In this document: positions 49,346-61,678 of the stretch, in pieces
Layout: each line of letters opens with the position of its first letter
How positions within the stretch are numbered: position 1 is the stretch's first letter
Assembly (NCBI RefSeq): GCF_018977255.1
Contig: NW_024704749.1
Span: forward strand, 2,914,001-2,978,000
Source: Callorhinchus milii
Lineage: Eukaryota
Reading direction: 5' to 3'
Length of the DNA: 64,000 nt
Program-made: the position numbers and the translations under genes
The notes under the pieces: model-generated
What the model was told of the DNA's origin: nothing
What the model saw: only the letters and a program-made list of their open reading frames with translations
Database searches by the model: none

Positions 49346-52300
49346 TTTCTCTGTGAAGGCCTTGAACAAGCTTTCTTATTTTCAGTATGAAACAGATTAG
49401 TTGATTTAAAATGAAGATAGAATAAAATAATTCTCAATTATTTACAGAATATTGGAAAAGTCTTATTCCATTAAATACAAATTTATGTCTTGGTTTTGAA
49501 CTACATTGTTGTGGAGCTTGTTCCCATGTTGGATAATTTGTTGGTGAGAAATTGTCATCGTTTTATACAGTTACAGTTTGCACGCTGTGAGATACAGACC
49601 TGAACAGGAGGCTATGTTTCATCTCAATGGTAAAGCTTTTATTTCTTTGAACTATATAGCGGGTATATTATCACATTATATATGTTGCATTTCCATTGTA
49701 TTTGATATAAATTGTCTAAGTCACCTTCCTCCAGGCACCAGCCCCATCCTACCCTCATACTCAGATTCACTTTGCTACACATGATATGCATCGCTCCAGA
49801 TGTGATGCTGTTTAATAGAAGGATTAGAGTTGCATTCCCATTTCGTGATGCTTAAAAAGGATAGTTTCTCTCTCAGCGTTATAAACGGGGAAGGGAGACT
49901 GGGCTCTGTTGAACCGCGAGTCCGGAGGAGAGCTCCACAGATAACCATAGGTATTTGTGATCTTATTAATGCAGTTGTGTGCTGTTTCCAACTTCAAAGT
50001 GTGGAATGGTCAAGCTGGACAAGCAATATGTAAGCTTACCAGAAAATGCCCTCAATGACAAATAATATAGTTTTAGCTGTTTGAACTCAAGCTGCGTCTC
50101 AAATGATAATATGGTGCCCCAAGGTGGGCAATATTCAATCTACCTCCAATACTTTGCAGAATACAGCAAGCGGTGATTTGGGAGAGAGGGATCGTTCCAC
50201 TACTATCCCAGGAAAATTGACATAAGAACAATAATGCTTGCATTTCATTTCGCGCGTTATCACATGTTCAAGACATCTCAATGGCATTTTTCATAGAAAA
50301 TCATGGATTTATTACATCTGATCATTTTTAAAGAGGCTCAGAAGTGACTGTGATTTCCAATTCTTGCCCCCAACCTCCTGCAAACAACCACAAGCACTGA
50401 ATACTCAAATTGGGGTTTGACCTGTCACTCTTTGAAGGAAAGATTACGGTAGATTTTGTGAGCGAGTGGGTAGAAGTGTTGCTTCCTTTCACATATTTTG
50501 ATAATAATTACACAATGGATAACTAGCGAAACAGACAAAATATTCGGTAGAGGCTCTCACACTCTTTTCTATAATTTTTCTTCAATTGTTAACTAAATCT
50601 TTAATTTCCAATTTAATTTTAGATAATACCAGACCCTGATGTTCTCTTTTTGTCTGTCTGCCGCGTTTTGCCCACAGCTATACAGTCGGTTCACTTTTTC
50701 AGTGTATCACATGAAGCATCTTCCGACATCTTGTCCATGTGATAAGGCGATATATCAGATGCAAGAATTATTCTTTATATTGGGCGCCAATGTTCTCTAC
50801 TTGTCTTGGAAAGAGGCAGATCAATATGTTTGTAATCAACAAAACACAAAATGCAGCCGATGTTGGAAATCTGAAGCAAAAGCATAGGTCGCTGGGATCA
50901 CTCCACAGATAGGGCAGCATCTGTGGAGAAAGGAAAGTTTAATGTTTAAACAAACCAAAATAAATTGCAGTGCCTATGCCTGCATTATATGCTGCGAAGT
51001 ACTTTGTGACATATCAACATGTGACAGGATGCTATTATATGCAAGAGTTATCTCTTCTTATAATACTGGACATTTTGTAATAAAATATTAACAATTGTAA
51101 ATTAGTATTTCCTTCCAGGAAACAGATGTGATGGCATCAACACAAAAACTGAATAGCGCTGTTCTTGACATCCTCCTTACAACTGGGATGTGATGTTATA
51201 TGGATCAGGAAATGTGCATGCAGATTTATGGAACTCAAATTGCTGAAGGAAACCCGGTGCTCAAGAGCAGGTTCACACCATCAATGCCTGCATTGAAGTC
51301 TGCGCATGTGCCGATCCAGTGCCACATTTGTGACACATCAAGTAAAAAGACTTGCCATGAGCAGAAACATAGAGCAACCTTCATTTTACAAATAATTACA
51401 GTATTCCTACAATACATGTACAATAGTATTATAAAATAATTGTATAATAATACATTGGATTTAGTTACTTTCATATCAGGGCGACGTTTTGTGATGCTTC
51501 ACTGGATTTAATGTATACATTTTCTTGGCAAATGTGGCAGCCAACTTAAGCACAGCAAATACTAAAAACAGCCATGGAATAAAGGAAATTTCTCCGAGGT
51601 GAATACCTAGCCAAGAACCCAGGACACGTTGTCTTCTTTTTTGCAGAGTGACAAATATTGTTAAACATCCACCATGAACAGGAAAAAGGTATGGTACCTC
51701 CAACCATGCAGCAGATCCACATTATTGGATTGCAGTGTCACCAAAAATAACATCAATTGAAAGGCCTAATCTGGAACTCAAAATCTATTGCATTAGAGAT
51801 CAGAATGCTACCACGTGTGGCAATGCTGAGACATTTGAGAATCTACCTAAAAAAGAGCTGGAGACCTGCCCAGTCCATTCTCCAATTTAGGATTGATTAT
51901 TTAGGGATCAGTTCCAACTTTCCACAGATTCTCAAGACATAGGCTCATGCTGGCACCTCCGCGCCATCACATCGGCACCTTAGGCAGTGGGAGCATCAGC
52001 ATCCAAAAATGCACAGATAGCTCACCAAGCCAGTAAGGAATCTAAACATCTTTGTCACCCCTCAACCATCTTTTCTATCCCAAAGGCATGCCATGACCCG
52101 CTCTGCATTCCCCACCTCCTCAATAATACAGGACTCAGCCATTGTCTCACCCCTCAGGCTGCTGAAATGCTCATTTATGCTGCCATTACAACCAGGCTCA
52201 ACTTTGCCTCCCTCATCTCAGCAGGCTACAGCCTGCTCCATGTCCCCTGCTTGTCCAGCCCGAACATCAATAGTCGGGCCTACAGCTTGTCTGCCTGCAC

Positions 52301-53971
52301 AATCTAGAACTCCATCCCACATTACTTTCACCTCGATCACTCCCAAGCCAAAATAAAGGCAAAGCTTCAAAACCCTCCACTTGATTAGGCCTTTTGACAC
52401 ACTCCTACCCTCTCTGTCTTGTCTGATTCCCTCGCTACCCACCCACACACAAATTCGGGTCCTAATCACTGATTGTCCTGTGCCCTGGTATGTCCTTCTG
52501 ACATGAAGGGTGCTTTATAAATGTAATTTTCTATTGTATAGAAATCAGTAATTGTCACAGAAGGATCCAATTTCGCCCATCCTCTCTGTCTCTCTTCTAT
52601 TTCTGTTCTTTTTTTAAATTAGATTCTTTTTAAAATTAATCCATAGGCTCCAGCTGTTTCTCTATATTCATCAATGCTTTCATTTCCCTCTTCAGTGATT
52701 CAACCGCAATGTCAACTTGTAGTTCTGAATTGAACATTTTAATAACGTTTGTGTAAGCAAAAGTACAATAACCTTATTTGGTGCAACCATGCTGAGACCT
52801 CACCTCTCCATTTATTTTGGTTACTTGGGTGCCTCAAACATGCAGAAAACTATCTGAATGCTAAAGTACATCCAAACTAAACTGAGAGAACTACATATGG
52901 AATACGAGCTTCGTAAGCAAATTTCCTATGTCTGGAAGGGAGTGCGATCTCTCCAGAGTCATGTATCCTGGTTATGTAATTCCAGAAATTATGAGATGAA
53001 GCTGGCAAGAGCCAAATTGTGTTGACCAACTCTCAAAAGTCTCTCTTCTTTGAAAGTACTCACACCGACTTAAAAACAGTTATCATCAGAAGAAAACTTC
53101 ATTTCACCCATCTCTGTTCTCGACCTGCTGGCACATTCCCAAGTTTAACTTTATTTCCAAGGGTCTACAATGAGACAGATTCACTCTTATGTCTCCCACC
53201 GCACCTTGTATGAAGGGACATCACCATACTTTCCTCATTGACCATATCTTCCGTCATCCATCATTTTTTTCATATGGTATCACAAGCGCAGTTTTTCGTC
53301 TTCATGAGGTTATCAGCAAGTTCCAGGAACTCCATGTGAGCCTTTGAATGACAATGTGAAGTGCTAATAGTCTTCTGCCTACAACAAGAGCACACAGCCA
53401 TGTCTATATTGACACTTTGCAATGGAGAACAAAAACAACAACTTGCAATGATGTACTGCCCTTGACGCAATGCCGTGTCTTGGAATGCTTAATAGTGTGG
53501 GAGACTGATGCTGAGCAATGTATAGAGGAGTAAGGAGATACCAGGACGTGAAGTGTGTTCCAGATGAGAAAGTGCATGTTGAAATCGTTCCTTTCTGTGT
53601 TAGGCAACCAGTGGAGCCTGGCGAGGACTAGTGTTATTGCGGCACTGAGGTGAGAGTGGGTGAGAATCCCGACGATGATATGCTGGATCAGATGATTTGC
53701 AGGAATGGGGTTGGTTAAAGAACAAGGGAAAGATGAAACAAATAGCAGAAATGCATTCAGGCGTTTATATCAAGAACAAAGCACTGCACTTTCAGCATGC
53801 AAGTGGTGCAATAAGTTATGCATTTGTATTTGTTTCAAATCTTTTGGGAAAAAAATAATAGAAATTTGATCTAATTGTGCTACTGCCTCAAAATACTTGC
53901 ACTGCTGTCTTTAGTGCAGGAATTAAATTGTAACTTGGACATGATCATTCGCTGCAAAACAGTTTCACTTC

Positions 53972-54296
53972 ATAATCATAATAATAATAATCCTTGCATT
54001 TGATATAGCGCTTTTCACGTCGGGAGGACGTCCCAAAGCGCTTCACAGAACACGCTGTAAAGTGAATTGACTGTATATTTGTGGGCGAACGCGGCAGCCA
54101 ATTGTGCACAGCAATGTCCCATAAACAGTCGTAGATTGAAAATGACCAATTTTTATTATTGTTTTTTTTTTTTGGAGGATTATTATTAGGCGTGTGGAGT
54201 AAGGAAACTTGCCCAAGGTTTTGCCCTCTGCCTGGAATTGAACTCTGGTCTCTCGCTTGCAAAGCGAGAGCTCTAACCACTGAGCTGCAGGACTCC
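53972..54296 (-). mobile_element. Full-length tRNA-derived SINE
   Basis: Paralog of 23874-24207 with matching flanks. Confidence 0.92.
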
Positions 54297-54800
54297 ACAA
54301 CCCTTTTGTTTCATGTGGAAACAAAAGGGTTAACACTCTCTGATCAGCACACCTGTGCTGTTAACACCTGTGCTGGTCAGCATGAAGCAGTGAGTGTTCG
54401 TTTGATTATACAAACCAGAGTGCGTGCAGTCAGTGAATTTAAACTGCTCACAGTCAGTGGCTGCAGTCAGTGATTTTAAAGTTGCTGTGCTGTATAAATT
54501 TCTTTTCTATTGTTTTTTGTCAATGAACCCATCCTCTCTCTCTCTCTCAACTCTTGTTAATCTCTTTATTTGAGAGAATAGAATTGTGACCTTTCCTGAC
54601 TCCTCACAAGTATCAAACAGACTAAACTGTTTGAGAGCTTTCAGATTTGCCACGTTAATGACTTATAAGTTACATTTTGGAAATATTTTAAAATCAATGC
54701 CACACTCTGCATAACATTGGGTGGGGCCACAAAAAAGTTGAATATTCTTCTTCCATTCCTTTGGTCCTATGAATTCCTAGTGGAATATGCCTGGAATATA

Positions 54801-54892
54801 AGAAACTTGCCCAAGGTTTCGCCCTGCCAGGAATTGAACTCAGGTCTCTCACTTGCAAAGCGAGTGCCCTTAACACTGAGCTACAGGACTCC
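54801..54892 (-). mobile_element. SINE 5' (tRNA-like) fragment
   Basis: A/B-box head only; body removed by a deletion relative to ~24700-25430. Confidence 0.85.
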
Positions 54893-55332
54893 AGATATAG
54901 TTGATAGAAAGGCCGGGATCCGCTTAACCTTACGATTAAGAGGAATCAATAAAGCTAATTTTCCTGGAAAGAAATCTGTTTTGAGCAGAATGACCTGCCG
55001 CGCAGCCGGTGTCTTCACTCAGTACTGAATCGCATCAGAACAATCACAACAACTTGTGGTGAAACACGTGTCATCACTGAATCATTGCTGTCAATTGCAA
55101 TGTTCTCCCCTCAGTGATGTCAAACCCAGAACTCGGAGGAAAGAAAGCCTTTTATAAAGTCTGCAGAATGATGGTTAAAATTGACCCCTCTATCAGTGCG
55201 AGGAGTAACACAATGGTTCATTGCACCAGTCTCAAATGTATAAAAATGTGTTAATACTTTGACTCACTGAGCCGAAAACAACATGAGAATTATTCTAAAA
55301 TAATGGGTTAGATACTAATATGACATGTGGTA

Positions 55333-55652
55333 CAACTCAACTCGGTTACTTTACCGAACAAGAAGTGATATGCACTGAAGGTATACTGGCTAACATAGTC
55401 GTAATCGGTGGAGTCCTCCGGTTGCACACCACTGATGGTTAATTGCATTGAGCAGTCCACAGAAACAATTAATTGAACAGGAATCCCCCTAGCTATGATT
55501 ATGTTCTGATCCCAATCAAATACAGGGGCGCTACAAGGCTTCTGCTGGTACCAAGACCGAAAATAATTACCCGCTCTCCTGGCTCAGAACATGGCACAGG
55601 TGATCTTGACGAAGTTTTCTCTGGAGGTTGGGATGGAGGAATCAGGGTAACA
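55333..55652 (-). pseudogene. Degenerate germline-joined VJ pseudogene
   Basis: Manual translation: VKITCAMF-stop-ARRAGNYFRSWYQQKPCSAPVFDW...GIPVQLIVSVDCSMQLTISGVQPEDSTDYDY-VSQYTFSAYHFL-FGKVTELS. Stop at 55584-55586, FR1 frameshift, second Cys lost, no J donor, leader or promoter. Confidence 0.9.
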
Positions 55653-57645
55653 GGGTATCTGTTTCTTCTAACAGTTATTTTTAATCCGTGTTACGAACCG
55701 CTCGCTAGTGGAAATAATTTCTCTTTTTCACCCTATCGAATCCCCTCATAATTTTGAAAACATCTATGAAGTCTCCTGTTCACGTTCTCTGCTCCAAGGG
55801 AAATAATCCTATCTTCTCCAGCCTCTCCTCATAACTGAGATCGATTCCTTGGCAACGCCAAACGATGGAGAGATTTTTAACATTTGGTCACTCAATCCAC
55901 ATCTGTTTGTAGGAGACTGCAGTGTGCCATTAACTGCTGAGTTTTGCCCACACAATATAGAGACAATTAACTGAACAGTATATTCTGTGGAGTGCTTTGT
56001 GACATCTAGAAGACATGCACAATATTATATGCAAGGATCTTTTTATTAATATTAATCACAATCCTCAATTATTTACCGGACCGTGGAAAGATCTTATTCT
56101 ATTAATTATTAATATTTGTCATTGCTTTGCAGCATATGAATCCTGCAACACCTCTTGTCCAGGTTCACACAGAATTACATGGCAGTGGAGCTTGTTCCAA
56201 TGTTGGATAATTATCAATAAGAATGTTGCAACATTGCATGCTTTAACAGTTTGCACGCTGATCTGCTACAGAACTGCACAGCAAGCCACACTTTACAAGT
56301 GGTGCCAGGGATCCTCAAATTATATGCACAATTTGTAGATTTTGACAAATAACCTGCCCTGTCACCTTCTCGCAGGTTCCAGTACCTATCCTCTCCTAAC
56401 ACTGGGGTACTTTTTACTCCACTATGCCTTACTGTATTTGTATTTTGCTACATGAACCATCAGCCCCATGCTCGCCCAGCTTCATTTGTTCGCCAGAATG
56501 CAAAATCATCATCCTGGCCTTCAAAGCCCTCTCCGGCTATGCTCCTCCCTACATCTGTGTTCTGCTACTTTCACACATAACAGACACATCTTTCACTCAG
56601 CGGGCTCTGGCCTGCTCAACTGATCACAATCTGCTGCTCTGGTCCAAATCCCTGACGGGCCTGCACCTTGGAACGTCCTCCCGAGATCAGACGTGTTAAT
56701 CAAATGTAACCTGTTCTTGTTAGATCCAGAATACAAGCTCGGTTCCCATTTCCTGATGTTAAAACAACTCTAGAAACATTATAAAAGGTGAAAAGCTCAG
56801 TTGATTCTCAAGCAGGGAGGACATCAACACACTTAGAGATAGGTGCATGTGATACATATTGATGTAGTGTTTGCACTATTTGTAACATGGAATATCAGTG
56901 CCACAAATGACTGATATTCTGGTTGATTTGTCATTTCTACAACCAAATATTTTGTGAATCAGTTCGATGTCATCACAGGAATACGGTCGGTAACTTAAAG
57001 CACATTGAAGTTACTCAACCTGCTGAATGAACATCAATGCTAAAATGCAGGTATCCACAATCATTCAGACATGCATGCGTGAGGATCTTGATATCGACCC
57101 TCTCTGGGATAGGCAGCCAGTGCAGTCTGGCAAGGACTGGAGTGATCGGGGAGCAGATTTTCGTGCGGATGAGAATGCTGGTGGCAGTGATTTGAATGAT
57201 TTAGAATTGATGGATGGCAATGAATGGGAGAGGGGCGAGGATGGCATTAGAATAGTCCAGCCGAGAGGTGACAAAGGCATGGACCAGGGTTTCAGCAGCT
57301 TTTGGGGAGAGGTGTTGGTGGAGACGGTGATGTGTCGGAGGTGGAAGAAAGCGGTGTTGGTGATGGACCAGATGTGGGGGAGGAATGATTATTGGGGGTC
57401 AAAGATGATGTGTATGTTGCTTATCAGTTTGGAGAGTTTTAGGTGGAGGTTGGGTAGGTGGAGGAGGTGAGAGCTGTGAGATTTTAGATGTTGACGAGAG
57501 CCAAATGACTTGCAAATGCACAGAAACAGAACAGCATTCATTTTAAAAAATAACTACAATACTCCTACATTATGTGTACTATACTATTAAAATAAATATA
57601 TAAAGATAATAACAACAACTACGTTATATTTTTATAGCGACATTC

Positions 57646-58500
57646 AACAACAACAACAACAAGATTCCATTTATAAAGCGCCTTTCACGTCAGGAGGACG
57701 TCCCAAGGCGCTGCACAGTTGGGTCATGACCCGAGCAGTGGGGAAATGGTCAGGGTGAGGGGAGGGAGGGAGCGAGGAGGGTGGAAATGGTCAGGGTGAG
57801 GGGAGGGAAGGGAGGGAGCGAGGAGGGGGAAGAGAGTCGAGAGGGGAGCTGAAGGCACGGTCAAAGAGAAAGGTTTTGAGACCGGCCTTGAAGGAGGAAA
57901 GGGAGGAAGCAAGGCGAAGGCACTGGGGGATGGAGTTCCAGAGCCTGGGGGCTGAGAGGCTGAAGGCCCGACCACCGATGGTAGGGCGGTTGGGGCGGGG
58001 GACGTGGAGCAGACCAGAGGAACGGAGAGTATGGGCAGGTAGGTAGGGGGATAGTAGGTTGGAGAGGTAGGAGGGAGCAAGGCCGTGAATGGCCTTGTAG
58101 GTGAGGATGAGGATCCTGAAATCAGTTCTCTGGGGGATGGGGAGCCAGTGGAGGCGAGCGAGGGTGGGAGTGATGTGGTCCCGAAGCCTGGTGCAGGACA
58201 GTCCACGAGCTGCAGAGTTCTGAATGACCTGCAGCTTGTGGAGGGAGATGGCGGGAAGGCCGGCGAGAAGAGAGTTCCCGTAGTCCAGCCTTCAGGTGAC
58301 AAAGGCGTGGACCAGGGTTTCAGCAGCGTGAGGGGTGAGGTAATGCCATAGTCTGGCGATGTTCCGGAGATGATGGAAGGCGGTACCAGTTGTGGTGCGG
58401 ATGTGAGGGAGAAAGGACAGCTCAGGGTCGAACAAAACGCCGAGGTTCCTGACTGGCTTTGAGAGGTGGAGAGTGCAGCCTTGGATGCTGATGCTGAAGG
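57646..58500 (-). mobile_element. Young L2 3' fragment with attc target-site duplication
   Basis: (AAC)n tail; close match to 6350-7216; inserted in the tail of an older L2; paralogous site at ~28460 is empty. Confidence 0.9.
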
Positions 58501-61355
58501 ATTCATTTCAGGAGGGCATCGCAAGTTGCTGGACAATCAGTTTTTGGACCGAAGCTGGTGGGGTTGGTAATGGGGGACGAGGAATGCAGTGTGGAAAGTA
58601 TGTTGATCAAAGGCACAGTAAAAGCGGAGCATTTTGAGCTGGTCTTGGAGTAGATAGAGAGCCTACGGTATTTACTTCCAGTGGGTGGGATAGAGTGGCT
58701 GAAGTCACACTTGGAAAAGGTAGCACGGGCGAAGCAGGCGACATGAACAGGCTGGAGCCCAGATGTAACAGGTTAGTAGGGGATGAGGATGGCACAGAGG
58801 TAGTGGGGAGCAAAGCCATGGAGAGCAGGATTTTGATCTGTATCCAATAGTTACAGTATTCTGTATCCTATAATGTGATGGGAAGGCAATGGAATCAGGC
58901 AAAGATGGGAGATGATAGGATCACGGAATCTGGTATGGGATAGGACACAGGCTGCAGGATTCGGGTTGTTTCTCAGCCTACAGAGGGAGGCATTGTGGAG
59001 GCCAAGAAGAAGGGAGATTGCATCGTGAAAGGATGTTATGAATGCGAGTATGAGGTGTTCAGCAGCCTGCAGTTTGAGAGATTGGTGGAGCAGGTCAAAA
59101 TTGCGGAGGTCGGGGGTGGAGAACATGTCATGTCATGGATATAGGTTGGATAATACATTGGATACAGAAGGGTGTTTCCTGATGAGGCACTGGATATACT
59201 GGATATACTTTATTCCAAACAAGTATGGCAGCCAATTTGGGCACAGCAGAGACTCACAAACAAAAACAACAACAGGATAACGTCTGTATAGTGCCTTTCA
59301 TGTCGGGAGGACGCCCCAAGGCGGTGGATAGAGTGTAGCATATCATAACCGAGCTGGTGTCGTGAGGGGAAGGGAGTGGCTGGGGGAAGGGCGATGGCCG
59401 ATGGCATGGTCTAGGAGCAGGGTCTTGAGGCGGGACGTGAAGGATGCTAAGGAGGTGGCGAGGCAGATTGACTGGGGGATGGAATTCCAGAGGTTCGGGG
59501 CAGAGTATCTGAAAGCTCTCCCACCAATTGTGGGACTGGTGGGTCGGGGGACGTGGAGCAGGTCAGAGCCAACTGAAAACTAAACAAAAAAAGCTGAAAA
59601 CAGCTATGAAGTGAATGATAATTTTTATTTACCGAATTACCGGCAGAAGACCAGGAGAAGTTCTTTCCTCTTTTTGCAGTGATATGGGATCTTTACTGTC
59701 CACCATGAATAGGCAATCGGCATGCCACTGACAACAATGCAACTTATCCCCATCATTGCTTTGCAGCGTCACCCGAGAAAGCAGGAAGTGAAAGGCCCAA
59801 TGTGGGTCTTGAACCCACAATCTGCTGCATTACAGACTAGAATGCTGCCAACTGTGCAATGCTGTTATGTCACGCTGACAAATACAGAGGAGTGATGGAA
59901 CTCTTCATGTCAAAGATCGAATATATCACTTCACTGCATCCTCCTCCTTTGCATCTCCTTCCGCATCCCCCGAACCATCTACTGCCATCACGGCCCATTT
60001 AGGTCTTTATTACATTCAGTATTCCGATCTTCATTAAGCTAAATGCGCTATACTGCTGAAGTATTTGCATATCACATTTAATTGACATGGAAATACTTCA
60101 ACAGGATCGCACAGCTGCTGAAGTAATTCCTTATCAATTCCATATGATTATTGCCAGGAAAATATTTTGATTAAGATTAAAATTCTTGTTGTTAAAGTTT
60201 CATTGGTGACTCTTCGTAAATGTTCATGTTAAAATGTCTGAGTGTGGCCTTTGTCATGGGTTACAGTAACAATAAAAAAATCTGTCTTTGGCAATCAGCC
60301 AAGGCGTGCGACTGGCCACGATCTTAAAAGGAAGAACTCTAAAGTATCGATTGTTATCGACCAAACATACCTACAGATGTATTAGATGGGATTAATCAAG
60401 TGGAACATGGAGAAGAAGTCCAGGCTCCCGAGTTCCAATTAAGTAATCCAATCTTTAACATCATATTGAATAAAGACCTTCATAATTACATGTATAATGT
60501 ATAACAATGTTGTCGTTTGTATTAAAAGGGAAAGAGATAAATGCGACACAAATGCAACTTTGATCGTTGATACAGCGACACCTACTGATGTTAATCAATC
60601 AGACAAGACGTGGTCAGGCGGAGGTTGGAAGCAAACGTTTCTAAATAGCAGATTTACGGGACAAAAACCCACCAGTTTGTCAATAATATTTAAAATTCCG
60701 CAGATTTGCGGAAATGTTTCCATTTCAACCTGAATTCGGAAGTTTTTTTTAAGAACTACAAAAGAGCGATTTACAAATTAATACCCAATTCAAGATCCCC
60801 ACCTCCTCCCTCCGAGTCCAGACAATATTACAGTTTAAGATCAAACCATCTTACAGGCTGAGACGAGGTGGGATTTTGAACCTTCGAAGCCCCGGAGAGC
60901 ACAACACAGAATGACTCCGACTGTTGGGGAATGTTCTGCTCCTGTGCCATTGTTGCTATGATTGACAACTACTGTAATAGATTGACAAATATTGTAATAT
61001 TTCCTCCGGTAAGACAACATGTGTCAACCAAATCCATAAATTGTCGCTATTTTATACTAAAAACATGTGCAGAATAATACAAATAAATCTGGGAGAAAAT
61101 GAGCGACTCACAGAGGCCAATGCAGAGACAGTTTATTATTATTGTTCGATATTTCTGTAATACGACACAAGGAGAACACATATAATTCAATCCAAAGTTT
61201 CCAGCAAACGGTACAAACTGTTTATGGATTGTTATCTCATCTCGCATAAATTTATGACAAAATGAATATTATGGACAACATATTACAAAACACAATTATT
61301 ATTATTAAAGGTAGATTGGCAATGGTACATTCCACTATCGGTGCACATTCCTGGT

Positions 61356-61678
61356 TTAGGTACAACTGGATCTGGCGATGCTTTTCTCGAGCGGAGTGGC
61401 CAGAGTCTGGTGTTTGACCACACAGGAATACAGGTCGTGTGACTCCCACTCGGAGGTTGGCAGAGTCAGATAACTGCTCACACTGTACGTGTTGTCCGCC
61501 TGCTGTTTGATCGCACTCGTTTCAACACCTTGACTTCTGGCACTGCCATCCACAGTCCACTCGACCTCCACAGCTCCCGGGATAAAATCATTCACCAGAC
61601 ACACCAGGGTCGCCTTGCTCTTTGCTGTGATTTGATCTGGTGAAGGCGGAAGGACAGTCACCGACGGGCCCTGTGGTT
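61356..61678 (-). CDS. IGLC: Ig light chain constant exon, cluster E
   Basis: Intact 323-nt exon, acceptor ttttcgttacAG at 61680-61679. Confidence 0.97.
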
